Shown here in pieces: positions 58,458-64,000 of a stretch of DNA of 64,000 bases. Below the pieces are notes generated by a model, which saw only the letters and a program-made list of their open reading frames with translations, had not been told where the DNA came from and did not search any database. Every line of letters starts with the position of its first letter. Position 1 is the first letter of the stretch. Both the position numbers and the translations under genes were made by a program. Source of the stretch: the human T2T-CHM13v2.0 reference genome, Homo sapiens; NCBI RefSeq assembly GCF_009914755.1, contig NC_060931.1; one strand, 5' to 3'.

Positions 58458-59138
58458 GTTCTCGGCGCCGACTCCGCCTCCGCTCGGCCGCGCGCCCTCC
58501 CGCTGCCGACCCGCGCCGCCGCCGCCGCTCTCGCAGCACCGACCGCCGCCGCCGGAGCCGGACAATACCCCGTGCCCGCCTCGCGCTGCTGTGGCCAATG
58601 CCCGCTTGTCTTGCTGGTTCGAACCCCAGCGGCTGTTCAATCGCGCGCCTCCTTCTAGCCAGACCCCGCCCCCCCGGCACCGCCTTCCTAACGGCTGTTT
58701 GTTTTTGCACACGGCACGCGGAGGCGGGGCCTCCAGCCCCAATAGTGACGCGCTCTCTGCCTTTCACCAGGCGCCCAAGCCTGACGAACAGAAAGGCAAA
58801 CCAATGAGATTGGACGCCTCGCAGACGAAAGCCAATAAAAATATCGCCCGCGAGCAAGGGAGGCGGGCCACTGGGAAGGACAGCAAAATTAGCTAATAAG
58901 GTGAAGCGATTGCAGGCGCTGTGGCTTTCCCGCCCATTCGCGGCGTTGGTTTTCCCGCTTCTGAGACTTGTTTGGGGAGGTAAAGAGTGTTGGACGTGCT
59001 TCTCCTGGTGGGTTTTCACAGACTGTGAGGATTTATTCGTCTTAGAACGTGTGGATCAGGAGGGCGCTGGGTTTCAAGGTTAGGCAGGCCTCATGCTCAG
59101 CCGTATTCTGGCGGACTGACTACCCTGACGTCCTCTCA

Positions 59139-59294
<156 letters not shown>

Positions 59295-59583
59295 CTACAT
59301 ATTGTTATTTGTATGACAAATTCTTTTTCCTTTTTTAGAGATGGAGTCCTGGGACTACAGGCGCGCGCCCCAATGCCCAGCTAACTTTTGTATTTTTAAT
59401 AGAGACGGGGTTTCTCCGTGTTGGTCAGGCTGGTCTCGAACTCCTGACCTCAGGTGATCTGCCCGCCTTTGCCTCCCAAAGTACTGGGATTACAGGCGTG
59501 AGCCACCGCGCCCGGCATGTATTACAAATTCTAAGAACACGAAGATAATGGGGCCGGCTTGGTGGCGCGAACCTGTAGCCTCA

Positions 59584-59832
<249 letters not shown>

Positions 59833-60118
59833 TCATGTCCCTCTAGGCCTAATACATTTTGCAGACCTCACAGAGCTCAGACTGTTGTGAGCCGTTTTTC
59901 TTTTCTCAACCTCTTCAGTGTGTTTATTTTGCTTACATCATTAGGTTAAAATTTGGAGGATAACTCCCAGCTAGAAAGGAAGAAAAGCTCTAAAGTGGAA
60001 TCGCCTTCCCCCGGAAGCTGTTGTAAAAATTAAAGGATGTATGTGAGTGCACAGGCTCTCCAGCGATCGTTTTTCTTCCACAGTGTTAACACAATTTATT
60101 TATTTATTTACTTTTTGA

Positions 60119-60361
<243 letters not shown>

Positions 60362-61322
60362 TAAAGTGCTGGGATTACAGGCGTGAGCCACCGCGCCTGG
60401 CCTGTTTCCACAATTAAAAAAGGCCCATCACCCTATCATGATCATCTCTATTACAGTCTGGACAATATGAGCTTTCTGGGAGAGCCAGCTTCATTTCATA
60501 ACTGAAGAAATGGGCTTAGGTGAACTTAGTCATTTGCCTGAGACCGCATAGCCTGTAGATAACCAAGATACCAGCTCACATTTGTTCCAACTCATTCCAG
60601 CTTTAAATTCTTTCATTCTTTTCACAGTATGATGCATTGACTGTGCTAGAATGTGTTCTTGGTGTTGGTGAGTTAATAGTGAAAAAAACAAGTTTCTGCC
60701 TTAGTGGAGATTCTGTTGTCATAGGATTTTCCCAGGCTGGCACTTTAGAAATTTATATCCAGGCTGATGATAGCTGTTCCAAAGTTTGAATCAGGAGAAG
60801 CAACTTTGGGGAAGTGAGTCTTTAAAAAAAGGTAACTTAAATTCAAGAAGAGGAAGAGGGTGAGCTTCTAAGTAAGAATTTGGAAAAATACGGATGAAGG
60901 TACAGACAAGTGTGAGGAAGGGTGTCCAGTGAAATAGGAAGGAATGGAGCAATGTGCCCAGATTAATAGAAGCCTCAAAACTAGGTAGAAGAGTGGAGTT
61001 ACTTCAGTAAAAATAGCCATTGTTAATTCCTGCTCCTCTGTGTTTCTGGCCTCAGTGGATGGCATTACCAATCTACCAAGGCATAAGCCTGTGAGTTATT
61101 CCTTTAACAAATCACTCAGTGCCTACTGTTTGCAGGCACTGTGCTAGGTACTGAGGATTTGGTGATTAGCAAAATAGACATTGTCCTTGCCCTTGTGGTC
61201 CTCTGCAGCGGGAGTCAGATGTTAAAGAAATAAACAAATACCATATGTGAATTATAATAAGTTCAAGTGTGCTGAAGGAAAAGAACAGGGTGCTTTAAGA
61301 GAGAAACAGGGAATGTAGTTTA

Positions 61323-61523
<201 letters not shown>

Positions 61524-62476
61524 CTACTCAGGAGGCTGACGCAGGAAAATCACCTGGGCCCAGGAGAGCCTGGGAAGCGGAGGCTGCAGTGAGCTAAGAT
61601 TGCGCCACTGCACTTCAGCCTGGGCGACAGAGCAAGACTCCACTCCATCTCAAAAAAAAAAAAAAAAGAAGAGTTGCCCTTGTGAAGGGGGGCTGAAAGA
61701 AGTGTCCAATAATGTATGAGAAAGCACCTAGCACTGTACCTAGCACATAATATCCAATAAATGTTAACTTCCTTCCTTAACAGGAAAATCATTTTCTCAC
61801 CACTCTCTACCCCTCAGCCTTCATGTCATTGATTCAGATTTTGATGAAAGTGGAGTTAGGTTGAAAAAAACTGGTTCTCATTGTAGATAATAGTAATCCT
61901 TTCACTGATTTATATATCATCACTAAATTATATCATCACTGTAAACACAGATGCCAGAAAAAAGTCTGCCTACTAACAGTTTTATAAACCAAGTGTGTTA
62001 GTAAAATTTAGTTTCTAGTGAACTAGGGTAACAAAAAAGGCAAGGATGAGCTCATGAAGAACACCAGTCTAACCAGAAAATGTTATGTATTAGCATCTAT
62101 AAATGATAAACTACAAACATTGACAAATTATTCAACTTTGGGCTGGGGATGGTAGCTCATGCCTGTAATCCTAAAGCTTTGGGAGGCCAAGGCATGAGTC
62201 ACCAGGGCAGGAGTTTGAGACCAGCCTGGGCAACATGGCAAGACTCCACTTCTACAAAAATTAAAAGAAAAAAATTAGCTGAGTGTGTGGCACATGCCTG
62301 TGATCCCAGCTAGTTGAGAGGCTGAGGTGGGTAGAGAACTTGAGCCCACGAGTTCAAGGCTGCAGTGAGCTATGTATGATTGTGTCACTGCTCACCAGAC
62401 AGGCAACAGAACCAGACTGTATCTCTAAAAAAAAAATTATTCAATGTTGCTGGATTTAACCCAGTAATATATAGTA

Positions 62477-62643
62477 TAATTGTTCTCAAAGTGTGATCCT
62501 TAGACCACCAGCATCAGCATCACTTGGAACTTGTTAGAAATGTATTCTCACCACCACCCCAGACCTGCTGAATCTGACACTGAGGGTGGGACCTACAAGC
62601 GCTCCAGGGGATTCTGGTGCATACTGAAATTTAAGAACCACTG
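62477..62643. mobile_element. MER5A (hAT-Charlie) DNA element
   Basis: ttctcaaagtgtg...agcatcagcatcacttggaacttgttagaaatg...cccagacctgctgaatc...tttaagaaccactg. Confidence 0.82.
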
Positions 62644-62769
62644 GTATAGTATATGCTGCAGTGCACAGTCCAGAGCCCACGTATTCCTTATAAAACTGGA
62701 GCACTTGGCCAGGTGTGGTAGCTCATCCCTGTAATCTCAGAACTTTGGGAGGCTGAGGTGGGCAGATCA

Positions 62770-63021
<252 letters not shown>

Positions 63022-63039
63022 TTAGCTCCTGGAAGTGTT

Positions 63040-63385
63040 GACTGATCATTACTCAGGGATCTCTACCCAGGAATTGGACTTGGCCAAAGGAAGCTGTATC
63101 GCCCAAGTTTACACTCCTTTTTAGGGGGCCTACCTCCAGTGACTGGTGGATGTAGGATATAGTGCCTAGCTCTTTTGCCTTAATTTGAGACAATTCTGAA
63201 GGGCCATTCCAGCTCCAGAGTTTCTTGTGTGATTAGTTTTGACTTGATCTAACTGCATTGAAGTTCAACTTCTGCGTAATCCTACTTCCTCTATTTTCTC
63301 CTAGTAATGTCCCCAAGAGCATTCCATACTATTACCTCTTGAAAGCAAATCCCATTTGTTTCCTGGGAAACCTGAACTAAGACAA
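63040..63385 (+). mobile_element. LTR16-like ERVL LTR remnant
   Basis: gacaattctgaagggccattccagctccagag...tgtttcctgggaaacctgaactaagaca. Confidence 0.6.
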
Positions 63386-63714
63386 TGACTTTTCTCTGCA
63401 AAAATGTAGTCAATTTTTGAGTAGGCAAGATATTCACACGTACAAAATTTCAAAATGTACAAAGGGTATACAGTGAAAAGACTCCCCTGGTGCAGTGGCT
63501 CATGCCTGTAATCTCAGCACTTTAGGAGGTTAAGGCAGGAGGATCGCTTGAGCCCAGGAGTTCGAGACCAGTGTGGGTGACATAGTGAGACCCACATCTC
63601 TGTGAAAAATAAAAAAAATAAGCCGGGCGTGGTGGCTCACGCCTGTAATCCCAGCACTTTGGGAGGCCGAAGCAGGCAGATCACGAGGTCAGGAGATCGA
63701 GACCATCCTGGCTA

Positions 63715-63964
<250 letters not shown>

Positions 63965-64000
63965 TCAGGAGGCTGAGGGAGAAGGATCACTTGAGCCCAG

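Overview
Human (or very close hominid) genomic DNA, recognisable as the 7p13 PPIA-H2AZ2 locus. Two convergent housekeeping genes, each with a CpG-island promoter, sit in very Alu-dense sequence. PPIA (cyclophilin A) is on the + strand: 5 coding exons, ATG at 7276, TAA ending 11972, 165 aa. H2AZ2/H2AFV (histone variant H2A.Z.2) is on the - strand: ATG-only first coding exon at 58457, canonical 128-aa C-terminus in the exon at 45018-45079, and the alternative H2A.Z.2.2 last exon (EKRRCS*) at 40661-40680. Almost all other ORFs in the supplied track are Alu or CpG-island artefacts. I see no evidence of a new protein-coding system. The best leads are: (i) an AG|GTAAGG recursive-splice/poison-exon site in PPIA intron 1; (ii) several local templated or inverted copy events sitting inside Alus (26.2-26.9 kb, 19.9/24.2 kb, 48.85 kb); (iii) inverted-Alu pairs confined to the long 3' UTR forms of both genes; (iv) orphan exon-like units downstream of PPIA and around H2AZ2. 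Repeat boundaries and subfamily names are by-eye estimates.
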